A DNA stretch of 32,000 bases from Alkalilimnicola ehrlichii MLHE-1. Lineage in GTDB: Bacteria; Pseudomonadota; Gammaproteobacteria; Nitrococcales; Halorhodospiraceae. Location of the stretch: positions 900,001 through 932,000 of the forward strand of contig NC_008340.1 in the NCBI RefSeq assembly GCF_000014785.1, read 5' to 3'. Shown here piece after piece: positions 11,007-20,316 of this stretch; positions within the stretch are counted from its first letter, which is position 1, and the number at the start of each line of letters is the position of its first letter. Made by a program: the position numbers and the translations under genes. Under the pieces are notes generated by a model that ran no database searches, was not told where the DNA came from, and saw only the letters and a program-made list of their open reading frames with translations.

Positions 11007-13001
11007 ATGGCGGAGTGGCTCAACGCGGCGCTGGAATGGGTGGGGGCCAATCCGGGATGGGCCCTGGCCCTGCTCTTCCTGGCCGCGTTCTTTGAGGGGC
11101 TGATCGGCGCGGGCCTGCTGGTGCCCGGTGCCGCCCTACTGTTCGGTGCCGGGGTGCTCATCGGTGGTGGCCAGTTGCCCTTCTGGCCCAGCCTGGTGCT
11201 CGCTTATCTCGGCGCGGTGCTCGGCGACTCGGTCAGCTTCTGGCTCGGGCGCCGCTACGGCCCCTGGCTGCGCGGGAGTTGGCCGCTGCGGCGATACCCC
11301 GGCGTGCTCGACAAGAGCATCGCGTTCTTTCAGTCCCACGGCGCGAAGAGCGTCATCCTGGGCCGATTCATAGGCCCCAGTCGCGGGGTCATTCCGGCCG
11401 TGGCCGGCATGATGCGCATGCCTGCCGGCCGCTTCATGCTGGCCAACCTGGCCTCGGGGCTGGTCTGGGCACCCGCCTACCTCTTCCCGGGCATGGTGCT
11501 GGGGGCGTCCATGGCGGTGGCCCTGTCGGTCACCACCCGGCTCATCACCCTGGTGGTGCTGGTCCTGGGGACGTCCTGGGTGGTCTGGTGGGTCGGTCGT
11601 CGCTGGGTGCGCCCCCGCCTGCGGGCCTGGGGCACGCGCATGGCTTGGTCGGCCCGCCGCTGGGGGCGGATGCACCCCCTGCTCGGTCAGGCCCTGTGGC
11701 CCTCCCGGCAGGCCTTCCTGGCGCTGGGGCATCACCTGGGCCGGTTGTGGTGGATTGCCCTGGCCCTGCTGGGTGCACTCAGCGTCCGGCTCTGGTTGCT
11801 GGGTGGGCCCACGCTGCCGGATGAGGCCACCCTGGGCTACTTCCAGTATCTGGTCCCCGCCTGGATGCACCGCGCGCTCTGGGGGCCCGCCGTGCTGATC
11901 GATCCCCAAGCCTGGCTACCGCCACTGTTGTTGGGGCTGATGTGGTTGCTGTGGTCCCGGCGTTTCCGCGTTGCCCTGGCGCTGGCCGGGGCGGTGACCT
12001 CCGCCTGGCTGATGGGCTGGGGGCTGGGCTGGTGGCTCGGCGCGGTGGACCCCGAGCCACTCTATCAGGCCGCGCCCCCCCACCACTTCCCGGATCCTGA
12101 CATGGCGGCGCTGGCGGCCCTGCTGATTGCGACGGTGCTTCTCGCCACCGCCACCTACGGCTTTCTGCGCCGGCAGTTGCTGCTGCTGGGCGCGGTGGTG
12201 CTGCTCGGGGTGGCCGCGGCGGCGGTGCTGGTTGGGCGGATCTGGGTGGTGGATGCCCTGGGGGGGCTGTTGCTGGGGGCGGTCGCCGCCGGGATGGTGG
12301 TGCTGGCGCGGTTGAACACCACCCGGCGGCGACCGGAGCGGGTGCTGCCCCTGCTCAGCGTCGGGGTGCTCTGTCTGGCTGGTGCGGTGCACGCCGTACA
12401 GGACGTGGATACCCTGCGCGAGCGGATTGCCCTGTCCTCGGGGTGGCCCACGGTGACCCTGTCGGAATGGCTGGCCGGTGACCCGCCCGCCGGTCAGGGG
12501 CGCGAGCAGCGCTGGCTGGACGGGGGGCGCCGGCCGGTGGATTTCCAGTGGCTGGCCACCGGCGAGCGGCTGCGCGAGAAGCTGGGCCAGGCCGGCTGGG
12601 TGGCACCGGACAGTGGCCTGACCGGCGCGCTACGCTGGCTGCAGCCGGAACCCGGTCTGGAGGCCCTGCCGCCGCTGCCGCGCTGGCACCGGGGCCGGCT
12701 GCCCGCCGTGGTCAGGGTGCAGCCCCTGTCCGAAGACGAACGTTGGGTCCTGCGGCTTTGGCCGGCCACCTTCCACCTGGTGGACAGCCCGCGCCGGCTC
12801 TGGCTGGGCAGTCTGGAACGGGAGCGGCTCTACCCCGGCTGGCCGATGGTCTGGACCGAGGGGGTGGCCGTGGACGTGGCCCATAAGCAGGCCCTGGCTG
12901 AGTTCCTTGCCGGCGATGAGGCGCTGCTCCAGGTGGAGCCCGGCCTCCCCACCCGCATCCTATCGCTGCCGTGGCAGGAAGGGCCACAGGAGGGGGAGTG
13001 A
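11007..13001 (+). CDS. DedA-family (SNARE-associated) membrane protein fused to extra TM helices and a C-terminal soluble domain
   Basis: 664-aa ORF. The first ~200 aa carry DedA signatures: FFEGLIGAGLLVPGAALLFGAG, GDSVSFWLGRRYG and HGAKSVILGRFIGPSRGVIPAVAGM. The central hydrophobic region looks like a degenerate PAP2 fold. The last ~200 aa are hydrophilic. Confidence 0.8.
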   Translation: MAEWLNAALEWVGANPGWALALLFLAAFFEGLIGAGLLVPGAALLFGAGVLIGGGQLPFWPSLVLAYLGAVLGDSVSFWLGRRYGPWLRGSWPLRRYPGVLDKSIAFFQSHGAKSVILGRFIGPSRGVIPAVAGMMRMPAGRFMLANLASGLVWAPAYLFPGMVLGASMAVALSVTTRLITLVVLVLGTSWVVWWVGRRWVRPRLRAWGTRMAWSARRWGRMHPLLGQALWPSRQAFLALGHHLGRLWWIALALLGALSVRLWLLGGPTLPDEATLGYFQYLVPAWMHRALWGPAVLIDPQAWLPPLLLGLMWLLWSRRFRVALALAGAVTSAWLMGWGLGWWLGAVDPEPLYQAAPPHHFPDPDMAALAALLIATVLLATATYGFLRRQLLLLGAVVLLGVAAAAVLVGRIWVVDALGGLLLGAVAAGMVVLARLNTTRRRPERVLPLLSVGVLCLAGAVHAVQDVDTLRERIALSSGWPTVTLSEWLAGDPPAGQGREQRWLDGGRRPVDFQWLATGERLREKLGQAGWVAPDSGLTGALRWLQPEPGLEALPPLPRWHRGRLPAVVRVQPLSEDERWVLRLWPATFHLVDSPRRLWLGSLERERLYPGWPMVWTEGVAVDVAHKQALAEFLAGDEALLQVEPGLPTRILSLPWQEGPQEGE

Positions 13002-13008
13002 AGGCGGC

Positions 13009-13455
13009 TCAGCGTGGCCGGGCAACCCGCTGCTCCAGGGCCTCCAGCGCCCGCAGGTAGGCGGCTTCGTCCGGCTGGCGGCCGTCCCGCTGGGCCTGCC
13101 ACAGGCCCTCGGCCAGCGGCTCCATCATCAGATGCTCGGCCTCCAGGGGGTCGCCCAAGGCGCGGCTGACGTTCTGGTGGATGCGGCGGATACCGGCCGG
13201 CCGGTCGGTGGCCACCTGTTCGCGCAGGGCGATGTGCAGGCCCATGTGCAGGAAGGGGTTGGTCTCCCCGTCCTCTGGCAGGTAATCGCGCTGCAGCGCC
13301 TTGTCCTCGTTGCGCAGCAGCGGGTGGTACTCCGGGTGTTGGGCGACCACCTCACCCACCATCGCCTCCAAGGGCTCCAGCACGCCGCCGGCCTGATACT
13401 TGCGCCAGGCCTCCAGGTAGAAGCGGCGCATCTGTTCACGATCAGAGAAAAACAT
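13009..13455 (-). CDS. Small conserved hypothetical protein (DUF1841-like)
   Basis: 148-aa ORF MFFSDREQMRRFYLEAWRKY...HPEYHPLL... with high GC3. It lies 45 nt downstream of nth on the same strand. The family assignment is from memory of DUF1841 proteins and needs an HMM check. Confidence 0.7.
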   Translation of the reverse strand: MFFSDREQMRRFYLEAWRKYQAGGVLEPLEAMVGEVVAQHPEYHPLLRNEDKALQRDYLPEDGETNPFLHMGLHIALREQVATDRPAGIRRIHQNVSRALGDPLEAEHLMMEPLAEGLWQAQRDGRQPDEAAYLRALEALEQRVARPR

Positions 13456-13500
13456 CGGACCTCCGCTGGGTACGCCCGGGGCAGGCCGCCGGGCCCGGGC

Positions 13501-14136
13501 TCAGGGTTCGACCTTGTCGGGGAATTCGCACAGATCCTCGATGACACAGGCGCCGCACCGGGGCTTGCGGGCCACGCAGGTATACCGCCCGTGGAGGATC
13601 AGCCAGTGGTGGGCGTCGCGCTTGAATTCGTCGGGGACCACCCGGATCAGTTTGTCCTCCACCTGTCGGACGGTGTTCCCCGGGGCCAGGCCGGTGCGGT
13701 TGCTGACCCGGAAGATGTGGGTGTCCACGGCGATGGTGGGCTCGCCGAAGGCGGTGTTGAGGATCACGTTGGCGGTCTTCCGGCCCACGCCGGGCAGGGC
13801 CTCCAGGGCCTTGCGGTCACGCGGCACCTCGCCGCCGTGCCGTTCCAGCAGGATGCGGCAGGTCTTGATGATATTGGCGGCCTTGCTGTTGTACAGCCCG
13901 ATATGGCGGATGTAGTCCTTCAGTCCCTCCTCACCCAGTTCCAGGATGGCCTCCGGCGTGTTGGCCACCGGGAACAGCCGGGCGGTGGCCTTGTTGACAC
14001 TGACGTCGGTGGCCTGGGCGGAGAGGGCGACAGCCACCAGCAGCTCGAAGGGGGTGCCGTACTCCAGTTCGGTGGTGGGTTCGGGCATGTGGGCCCGCAG
14101 GCGGCTGAACAGCGCGTTGATCTTGGCCTTGGTCAT
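13501..14136 (-). CDS. nth: Endonuclease III (DNA glycosylase/AP lyase)
   Basis: 211 aa. FELLVAVALSAQATDVSVNKAT and the HhH-GPD region LPGVGRKTANVILN are present. The 4Fe-4S ligands C-X6-C-X2-C-X5-C occur in CVARKPRCGACVIEDLC. The position downstream of the rnf operon is a conserved gammaproteobacterial synteny. Confidence 0.95.
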   Translation of the reverse strand: MTKAKINALFSRLRAHMPEPTTELEYGTPFELLVAVALSAQATDVSVNKATARLFPVANTPEAILELGEEGLKDYIRHIGLYNSKAANIIKTCRILLERHGGEVPRDRKALEALPGVGRKTANVILNTAFGEPTIAVDTHIFRVSNRTGLAPGNTVRQVEDKLIRVVPDEFKRDAHHWLILHGRYTCVARKPRCGACVIEDLCEFPDKVEP

Positions 14137-14165
14137 GGTGAAACGGGGGTACCTGAGTCATTCGA

Positions 14166-14891
14166 TCAGGCTATTGTAACCCGGTTGCCCCGGCCGTCGT
14201 CGTCCAGGTGGTCCACCACCGCGAGCGCACCGCTGAAGTCGTCGTCGCGGGTCCAGGCGTTGCGGGTGATCAGCGTGGGCAGGCCGGCCCCGAGTGCCGC
14301 CCTCAGCCCGTTCACCGAGTCCTCCAGTGCCAGGCACTCGCTGGCAGGCAGCGCCAGCCGCTGCAGCGCGACCTGGTAGGCGTCGGGGGCGGGCTTCTTG
14401 CGGGGCACGTCGTCGCCGGCGACCACCACCTCGAAGTGAGGGCGAAGGTCGACGCCCAGCACGTGGCGGAAGAGCGCCTCCACGTTCTCGTGGGCGCTGG
14501 TGGTCACCACCGCCAGCTTTATATCCGCCTCAATGGCCTCGCGAATCAGCCGGAGGACCCCGGGGCGCGGCGGGATGAGTCCCTGTTCCAGGCGGCAGGC
14601 ATAGTGGCGGTTCTTGGCCTGATGCAGGCGTCGGGCCAAGTCGGCGACGGGTTCTGAGGGGCGAAAGGCATCGCTGCGCCGCTGCAGCTCATACTGCAAG
14701 CGTTCGCGCCCCCCGGGCACCTCCCGGAGCAGTTCGCGATAGCGTTCAGCGCCCCAGCGCCAGGGCAGGTCGTACTCGGCAAAGGCGGCGTTGAACGCAG
14801 GCAGGTGCCCCTCACCCTCGGTATCCGCCAGGGTGCCGTCCACATCGAAGAGCAGCGCCCTCAGGGGACGGATGTGCTCGCTCAGTCTCAT
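14166..14891 (-). CDS. HAD-IA family phosphatase, CbbY-like
   Basis: 241 aa. HAD motif I is [13 protein letters not shown]. Later motifs are [16 protein letters not shown] and [15 protein letters not shown]. By eye it is collinear with Rhodobacter CbbY ([11 protein letters not shown]...YRELL...LEDSLNGLRAAKGAG). Its ATG overlaps the rnfE stop (ATGA at 14888-14891). Confidence 0.85.
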   Translation of the reverse strand: MRLSEHIRPLRALLFDVDGTLADTEGEGHLPAFNAAFAEYDLPWRWGAERYRELLREVPGGRERLQYELQRRSDAFRPSEPVADLARRLHQAKNRHYACRLEQGLIPPRPGVLRLIREAIEADIKLAVVTTSAHENVEALFRHVLGVDLRPHFEVVVAGDDVPRKKPAPDAYQVALQRLALPASECLALEDSVNGLRAALGAGLPTLITRNAWTRDDDFSGALAVVDHLDDDGRGNRVTIA

Positions 14892-15574
14892 GCTCCGCTC
14901 CTGCGCTGCTCCAGCCAGTTCTTGCCCGCCAGGATCAGGCCCAGCCCGATAAAGGCCCCCGGTGGGAGCAGGGCGATGAGATAGCCGGGATAATCCGGGA
15001 TCAGGGTGATCTCCAGGCCCCGGCCGGCCTCGCCCAGCAGCAGGTGGGCGTTGCTCAGCAGCGTGCCCTGACCCAGCGCCTCGCGCATCGCGCCCAGTAA
15101 CAGCAGCACCGCGCCGAAACCCACCCCCATCATCAGCCCGTCCAGCGCCGCGCGCCCCGGCGGATTGCGCGCGGCGAAGGCCTCGGCCCGGCCGAGAATG
15201 GCGCAGTTGGTGACAATGAGGGGGATGAAGATCCCCAGCACCAGGTAGAGCTGGTGGAACCAGGCCTCCATGATCAGCTCCACGGCGGTCACAAACGAGG
15301 CGATCACCAGGACGAAAACCGGGATACGCACCTCCGTGCGCACCTGGTTACGGATCAGCGACACCGTCAGGTTGGAGGCCACCAGCACCAGCAGTGTGGC
15401 CAGGGCCAGCCCGGCCGCGTTCACCACGGTACCGGTGACCGCCAGCAGCGGGCAGAGCCCCAGCAACTGCACCAGCGCCGGGTTGTTCTCCCACAGCCCC
15501 TTGCGGGCGATCTCCTGAAACGCCGAGGGCGCGCGCCCGGGCGTTTCTGTTGTCGGTAAGGTGTCAGTCGTCAT
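14888..15574 (-). CDS. rnfE: Rnf electron transport complex subunit E
   Basis: 228 aa. [22 protein letters not shown] is the RnfE/RsxE signature. It is a polytopic membrane protein and the last gene of the rnfABCDGE order. Confidence 0.93.
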   Translation of the reverse strand: MTTDTLPTTETPGRAPSAFQEIARKGLWENNPALVQLLGLCPLLAVTGTVVNAAGLALATLLVLVASNLTVSLIRNQVRTEVRIPVFVLVIASFVTAVELIMEAWFHQLYLVLGIFIPLIVTNCAILGRAEAFAARNPPGRAALDGLMMGVGFGAVLLLLGAMREALGQGTLLSNAHLLLGEAGRGLEITLIPDYPGYLIALLPPGAFIGLGLILAGKNWLEQRRSGA

Positions 15575-15805
15575 GGCATTAGTGCCTCATCAGCCGCTGT
15601 CCTGGGTTGCCCTTCTGGTATTTCGAGGTCGCGTCTTCCGGGGGCTCACGAGTGGCTATGGCGGCGGTCCCGGGGTTGGGGTGACGGATACGCTGTGAAT
15701 ACCTCCCTGTAAGCTCGACGCCGGACTACCGCCGCCAGAAGCACCCCTCTCGCAGCCCCCACAAACGCCGCCCCACAAAGCCCAAATTCCGACCCCCATC
15801 CGCTT

Positions 15806-16468
15806 TCAGTCCCGCGGTGGGTCATCCACCTCCACGGCCTCCTCCGCGGCTTCGAGTTCGGGAAAAACCTCACCCCGATGCGCCTCAAACCACTCCAACC
15901 CCCGCCGCACCGCATGCACCACCGCCCGCGGTGTCACCGTCGCCCCGGTGAACTGATCAAAATCCCCGCCGTCGCGACGCACCGTCCAGCGCTCAACCGG
16001 TGGATCCCCCAACGACCGGCCTTCGAAATCCCGCACCCAGTCCGACCGGTCCGCCTCGATCAGGTCACCCAGCCCAGGCGTCTCCTGGTGCTGTACCACC
16101 CGGACCCCCGTCAGCGTCCCGTCCCGCTTCACCCCCATCAGCAGGCGGATACGGCCGTTGTACCCGTCCGGCGCCACCACCGTCAGGATCGCCGCCACCG
16201 GCTCACCCGCCCGCCGCGCCCGGTACACCGTCAGCGCCTCCCCGGGCCGGCCCAGCGCCGCCCCCGGCACCGCCACGGTATCCTCATGCAGCGCATTGTC
16301 GTACAGCCGCTCGGGGAGCACCTCCTGCAAACGCCGCAACAGCGTCGCCTCCCGCTCCGCGGCGATGCGCTCCGCGGTCATCTCATGGGTGACCACCACC
16401 AGCGTCGTCCCCGCGGCCGCAAACCCGCCGAGAATGCCGGCCGCCAACAGGATGTTGCGCAACGTCAT
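15806..16468 (-). CDS. rnfG: Rnf electron transport complex subunit G (FMN-binding)
   Basis: 220 aa with an N-terminal membrane anchor. The covalent-FMN motif is FDQFTGATVTPRAV. Its ATG overlaps the rnfD stop (ATGA at 16465-16468). Confidence 0.9.
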   Translation of the reverse strand: MTLRNILLAAGILGGFAAAGTTLVVVTHEMTAERIAAEREATLLRRLQEVLPERLYDNALHEDTVAVPGAALGRPGEALTVYRARRAGEPVAAILTVVAPDGYNGRIRLLMGVKRDGTLTGVRVVQHQETPGLGDLIEADRSDWVRDFEGRSLGDPPVERWTVRRDGGDFDQFTGATVTPRAVVHAVRRGLEWFEAHRGEVFPELEAAEEAVEVDDPPRD

Positions 16469-17454
16469 CCCGTGGCCCTCCGTGGCCGGAAACAGTAGTC
16501 AATGAACGGTGCGGCGCCGTTCATCAACAACACCGCGAAGGCCACCCCGTCGGGGTAACCGCCGAACTCCCGGATCAGCAGCGCCAGGGCCCCGATACCG
16601 GCGCCATAGACCCAGCGGCCGCGGGCGGTCGTCGCTGCCGACACCGGGTCTGTGGCCACGAAAAAGGCGCCCAGCAGCGTCCCCCCGGCCAGCAGATGGA
16701 ACAGTGGATCCGGCTGCTCCCCGGGCAGCAGCCAGAGCAGGGTGGCCAGCAGCGCCATGGCGCCCAGCATCCCCGCCGGGATGCGAAAGTCGATCAGTCT
16801 GCACCGGAGCAGCCAGAGCCCCCCGGCCAGGAACAGCAGCGGTGCCACCATCCAGCCCGGGCCGCTCTCCACGGCCAGGGCGCCGCCGGGCGGCGCGCCG
16901 GTGTGAAGCAGATCCAGCGGCGTGGCCCCGGTGAGTGCGTCCAGGGTGGGCGCATCCAGGCCCACGAGGACTCCACGCACCGCCTCCCAGGCCCCCACAG
17001 GCCAGTCGCCCGGGGCGGCCGCCGGGAACCAGAAGGTCATCTCCCGGGGAAAGGCGATCAGCGCCATCACGTAGCCGACCATGGCCGGGTTGAAGGGGTT
17101 GAAGCCCAGCCCCCCGTAGAGGTGTTTGCCAAAGAGGACGGCAAACAGGGTGGCACTCGCCGTCACCCACCAGGGGGCCAGCGGCGGCACCGCCAGCGCC
17201 AGGATCCAGCCGGTGACCAGGACGCTGTGATCGCTCAGCGCCGCTGTGGCCGGGCGGCGGCGCAGCCACTGCACCGCAGCCTCCACTGCAACAGCGGTCA
17301 CCAGCGCCACGGCCAGGTGGACGAACACGCCCACGCCCTGGAACCAGGCCAGCGCCAGGGTGCCGGGCACCAGGGCGTAAAGCACCTGGCGCATGATCGC
17401 GGCCACGCCCGGGCCGCCCACCTGATGGGGGGAGCTGCGACGGGAGAACTCCAG
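16465..17454 (-). CDS. rnfD: Rnf electron transport complex subunit D
   Basis: Polytopic membrane protein with the FMN-threonine motif LDALTGATPLD. The track ORF starts at GTG 17421. The conserved N-terminal SSPH motif lies upstream in frame, and CTG 17454 has an ideal AAGGAGG 7 nt before it. The 5' end is therefore reported at 17454 (see finding). Confidence 0.88.
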   Translation of the reverse strand: MEFSRRSSPHQVGGPGVAAIMRQVLYALVPGTLALAWFQGVGVFVHLAVALVTAVAVEAAVQWLRRRPATAALSDHSVLVTGWILALAVPPLAPWWVTASATLFAVLFGKHLYGGLGFNPFNPAMVGYVMALIAFPREMTFWFPAAAPGDWPVGAWEAVRGVLVGLDAPTLDALTGATPLDLLHTGAPPGGALAVESGPGWMVAPLLFLAGGLWLLRCRLIDFRIPAGMLGAMALLATLLWLLPGEQPDPLFHLLAGGTLLGAFFVATDPVSAATTARGRWVYGAGIGALALLIREFGGYPDGVAFAVLLMNGAAPFIDYCFRPRRATG

Positions 17455-17456
17455 GG

Positions 17457-19004
17457 CTATTCCTCCTTTTCCGGCGTCTTCTTCTTGTTGCGGGCTCGCG
17501 CCAGGGCGGCGTCGATGGTGGCCTTGCGATCGTCCTTGCCCTGCTTCAGGGCGGCCTTTTTGCGGCGGCGCCGTTCCGCCTGTTCGCGCTTTTCGCGCTC
17601 CAGACGCTCCTGGCGGAACTCATGGCGCCGGCGAGCCAGCTCCGCCCGGGCCTTCTCCTGTTCCTTCTGGGCGATGGCCCCCTTGGCATGCCGGAAGTAC
17701 TGCACCAGGGGGATATGGCTGGGGCAGACCCAGGCGCAGGCGCCGCACTCGATGCAGTCGAACACCCCCCAGTCATCGGCGTGTTCATAGTCGCGGGCCC
17801 GGGTGTGCCAGTAGATCTGCTGCGGGGCCAGCCTCTCCGGACAGGCCTCGGCGCAGGCCCCGCAGCGGATGCAGGGCATGGGCGGCTCCGCCGGCGGCAG
17901 TTCCGAGGGAGTGGCGGCGAGCAGGCAGTTGCTCGCCTTGATCAGGGGCACGTCATCGCTGAGCAGGGCGGTGCCCATCAGGCTGCCGCCCATCACCAGT
18001 TGGTAGACCCCGTCGTGGTAACCGCCGCAGTGGTCGATGAGTTCCGCCATCGGGGTGCCGATGCGGGCCTCGACATTGGCCGGTCGCCGGACGCCGTCAC
18101 CGGTGATCGTGACGATGCGTCGGATCAGGGGCTCACCGTGTCGTATGGCGCGGTGGATGGCGGCGAAGGTGCCGACGTTGGAGGTGATCACGCCCACGTC
18201 CTTGGGCAGGCCGTCGCTAGGCACACGACGGCCGGTGAGGTTGTGAATGAGCTGTCGTTCACTGCCTGCCGGGTAGCGCTTGGGGACGTCCACCACCGCC
18301 CAGTCCCGGCGGCCGTCGTCGGCCAGGCCACTGGCGGCCAGGGCGTCGCGCAAGGCCCGGGCGGCCTCCGGCTTGTCGCCCTCCACAGCGATCCGTATCC
18401 GGACCACGTTGAGCATGTCTGCAGCGGTGGCGACGCCGTCCAGGATTTGCTCCGGGCGCTCCCGCATCAGCCGGTCGTCACAGGTGATGTGGGTGTCGCA
18501 TTCCACGCCATTGGCGATCAACGTGTCGGGCAGCGTATCCGATGGCGGGTTGAGCTTGATGGCGGTGGGAAAGGCGGCGCCGCCCAGGCCGACGATGCCC
18601 GCCTCGCGCACCCGTGCCCGCAGGACCCTCGCCGGCGTCCCGGCCGGGTCGTCGATCACCGCCATTGGGGGGGCGGCGCGGTCGTCGCCATCGCTCTCGA
18701 TCACGATGCAGGGGGCGGCGAGGCCCGAGGGGTGCGGGACTTGGCGGTCTTCGATGGCCACCACGGTGCCGGAGGTGCTGGCATGGACCGGTGCGCAGAC
18801 GTAGTTGTCCGCCTGCGCCACCATTTGCCCCCGCAACACCCGCTCGCCCACCGATACCACCGGCTCGGCAGGTTCGCCCACGTGCTGGTGTAGCGGCAGG
18901 ATCAGGGTGCGGGGCAACGGGCCGGGCTCGATGGGGCGGTCGCGGGTGAACCGTCGGCCATCGAGTGTCAGCCCCCCAGCGAAGCCGTAAAGGCCTCCGC
19001 TCAC
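17457..19004 (-). CDS. rnfC: Rnf electron transport complex subunit C
   Basis: 515 aa. The N-terminus is ...[30 protein letters not shown], and GLGGAAFPT is present. There are two ferredoxin-type clusters, [12 protein letters not shown] and [12 protein letters not shown]. The C-terminal tail is rich in K, E and R. The GTG start overlaps the rnfB stop (GTGA). Confidence 0.93.
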   Translation of the reverse strand: MSGGLYGFAGGLTLDGRRFTRDRPIEPGPLPRTLILPLHQHVGEPAEPVVSVGERVLRGQMVAQADNYVCAPVHASTSGTVVAIEDRQVPHPSGLAAPCIVIESDGDDRAAPPMAVIDDPAGTPARVLRARVREAGIVGLGGAAFPTAIKLNPPSDTLPDTLIANGVECDTHITCDDRLMRERPEQILDGVATAADMLNVVRIRIAVEGDKPEAARALRDALAASGLADDGRRDWAVVDVPKRYPAGSERQLIHNLTGRRVPSDGLPKDVGVITSNVGTFAAIHRAIRHGEPLIRRIVTITGDGVRRPANVEARIGTPMAELIDHCGGYHDGVYQLVMGGSLMGTALLSDDVPLIKASNCLLAATPSELPPAEPPMPCIRCGACAEACPERLAPQQIYWHTRARDYEHADDWGVFDCIECGACAWVCPSHIPLVQYFRHAKGAIAQKEQEKARAELARRRHEFRQERLEREKREQAERRRRKKAALKQGKDDRKATIDAALARARNKKKTPEKEE

Positions 19005-19561
19005 GCCACCTCCCGGCGCGCCGTATCATTTTGGGGCAGGGGCCAATGCCACTCGGCCAAGTCCAGGTCCACCGGTACCATGTGGATGCAGTCCACCGGG
19101 CAGGGATCGACACAGAGCCCGCAGCCGGTGCATTCGCCCTTGAGCACGGTGTGCATCTGCTTGGCCGCGCCCAGAATCGCGTCCACCGGACAGGCCTGGA
19201 TGCAGCGGGTACAGCCGATACACACGGCCTCATCGACCCAGGCCACCTGGGGGGTGTGCGGGGCCTCGCCTCGCTCCTCGTCCAGCGGCAGGGGCTCCAC
19301 GCCCAGCAGGTCGGCCAGGGTCTGGACGGTGTCCTGGCCACCGGGGGGGCAACGGTTGATCTCGGCCTCACCGGCGGCGATGGCCTCGGCGTAGGGCCGG
19401 CAACCACCGAAGCCGCACTGGCCGCATTGGGTCTGTGGTAGCACCGCGTCGACCTGGTCGGCAATGGGGTTGCCCTCCACCCGGAAGCGCACGGCGGCAA
19501 AGCCGAGCAGGGCGCCCGCGATCAGGGCCAGGGCCGTGAGTGCCAGTATCGGTGTCAGCAT
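19001..19561 (-). CDS. rnfB: Rnf electron transport complex subunit B
   Basis: 186 aa with an N-terminal TM helix. The cluster motif is [15 protein letters not shown]. Two 4Fe-4S ferredoxin motifs are present, [12 protein letters not shown] and [12 protein letters not shown]. Confidence 0.93.
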   Translation of the reverse strand: MLTPILALTALALIAGALLGFAAVRFRVEGNPIADQVDAVLPQTQCGQCGFGGCRPYAEAIAAGEAEINRCPPGGQDTVQTLADLLGVEPLPLDEERGEAPHTPQVAWVDEAVCIGCTRCIQACPVDAILGAAKQMHTVLKGECTGCGLCVDPCPVDCIHMVPVDLDLAEWHWPLPQNDTARREVA

Positions 19562-19603
19562 GATCGATTCCCTTGCCGCTCAAGCCAGTCGTTGGGTAAT
19601 GGG

Positions 19604-20185
19604 CTAGAGGCGAACCAGCCCGGCAAAACCCATGAACCCCATCGACAAAATGCCCGCCGTAACCAGTGCCACCGAGGCGCCCCGAAAGGGCAGGGGCACG
19701 TCCGCCACCTCCAACCGCTCGCGTAAAGCGGCAAACAGCACCAGCACCAGTGAGAAACCAGCGGCAGCGCCGAACCCGTACACTGCCGATTGCAGCAGAG
19801 AGTTCTGCTCCTGCAGATTGAGCAGGGCCACGCCCAGCACCGCGCAGTTGGTGGTGATCAGCGGCAGATAGATGCCCAGCACCTGGTGCAGCAACGGACT
19901 GGTCTTGCGCACCGCCATCTCCGTGAACTGCACGACCACGGCGATCACCATGATGAAGGTGATCGTGCGCAGGTACTCCACACCCAGTGGCGCCAGCAGG
20001 TACTCATAGGCCAGGTAGCTGCACACCGCCGAGAGCGTCAGCACGAAGGTGGTCGCCAGGGCCATCCCCATGGCGGTCTCCAACTGTCGCGAGACGCCCA
20101 TGAAGGGGCAGAGCCCCAGGAACTTGACCAGGACGAAATTATTGACCAGGACTGTGGAGACCAGAATGAGCGCCAGTTCCGTCAC
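19604..20185 (-). CDS. rnfA: Rnf electron transport complex subunit A
   Basis: 193 aa. The N-terminus is [32 protein letters not shown], followed by ...[12 protein letters not shown]. It has a GTG start and is the first gene of the rnf cluster. Confidence 0.93.
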   Translation of the reverse strand: MTELALILVSTVLVNNFVLVKFLGLCPFMGVSRQLETAMGMALATTFVLTLSAVCSYLAYEYLLAPLGVEYLRTITFIMVIAVVVQFTEMAVRKTSPLLHQVLGIYLPLITTNCAVLGVALLNLQEQNSLLQSAVYGFGAAAGFSLVLVLFAALRERLEVADVPLPFRGASVALVTAGILSMGFMGFAGLVRL

Positions 20186-20275
20186 GATTCCGTCCAGGAG
20201 TATCAGAACGCCCCGTTGTCGCGGGCAAGATTCCGGATAAATGGCACCTTAACGCCACACTAGGCTTTGATCCAG

Positions 20276-20305
20276 TGGCGCGTTGCCGCAGGTTGCAACG
20301 CGCCA
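20276..20305 (-). terminator. Perfect 11-bp stem hairpin just downstream of the metG stop
   Basis: TGGCGCGTTGC (20276-20286), an 8-nt loop, then GCAACGCGCCA (20295-20305). It lies 12 nt past the metG stop on the minus strand. No U-tract follows, so terminator function is uncertain. It could instead be an attenuator or RNA-stability element before rnfA. Confidence 0.35.
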
Positions 20306-20316
20306 TTATCGGCGGA

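Noticed and set aside
15646-15915. An 89-aa minus-strand ORF spanning the rnfG-rnfE spacer.
   Set aside because: It begins inside rnfG in a different frame, lacks an SD, and has an implausible sequence rich in R, G and W. The spacer is better treated as non-coding.
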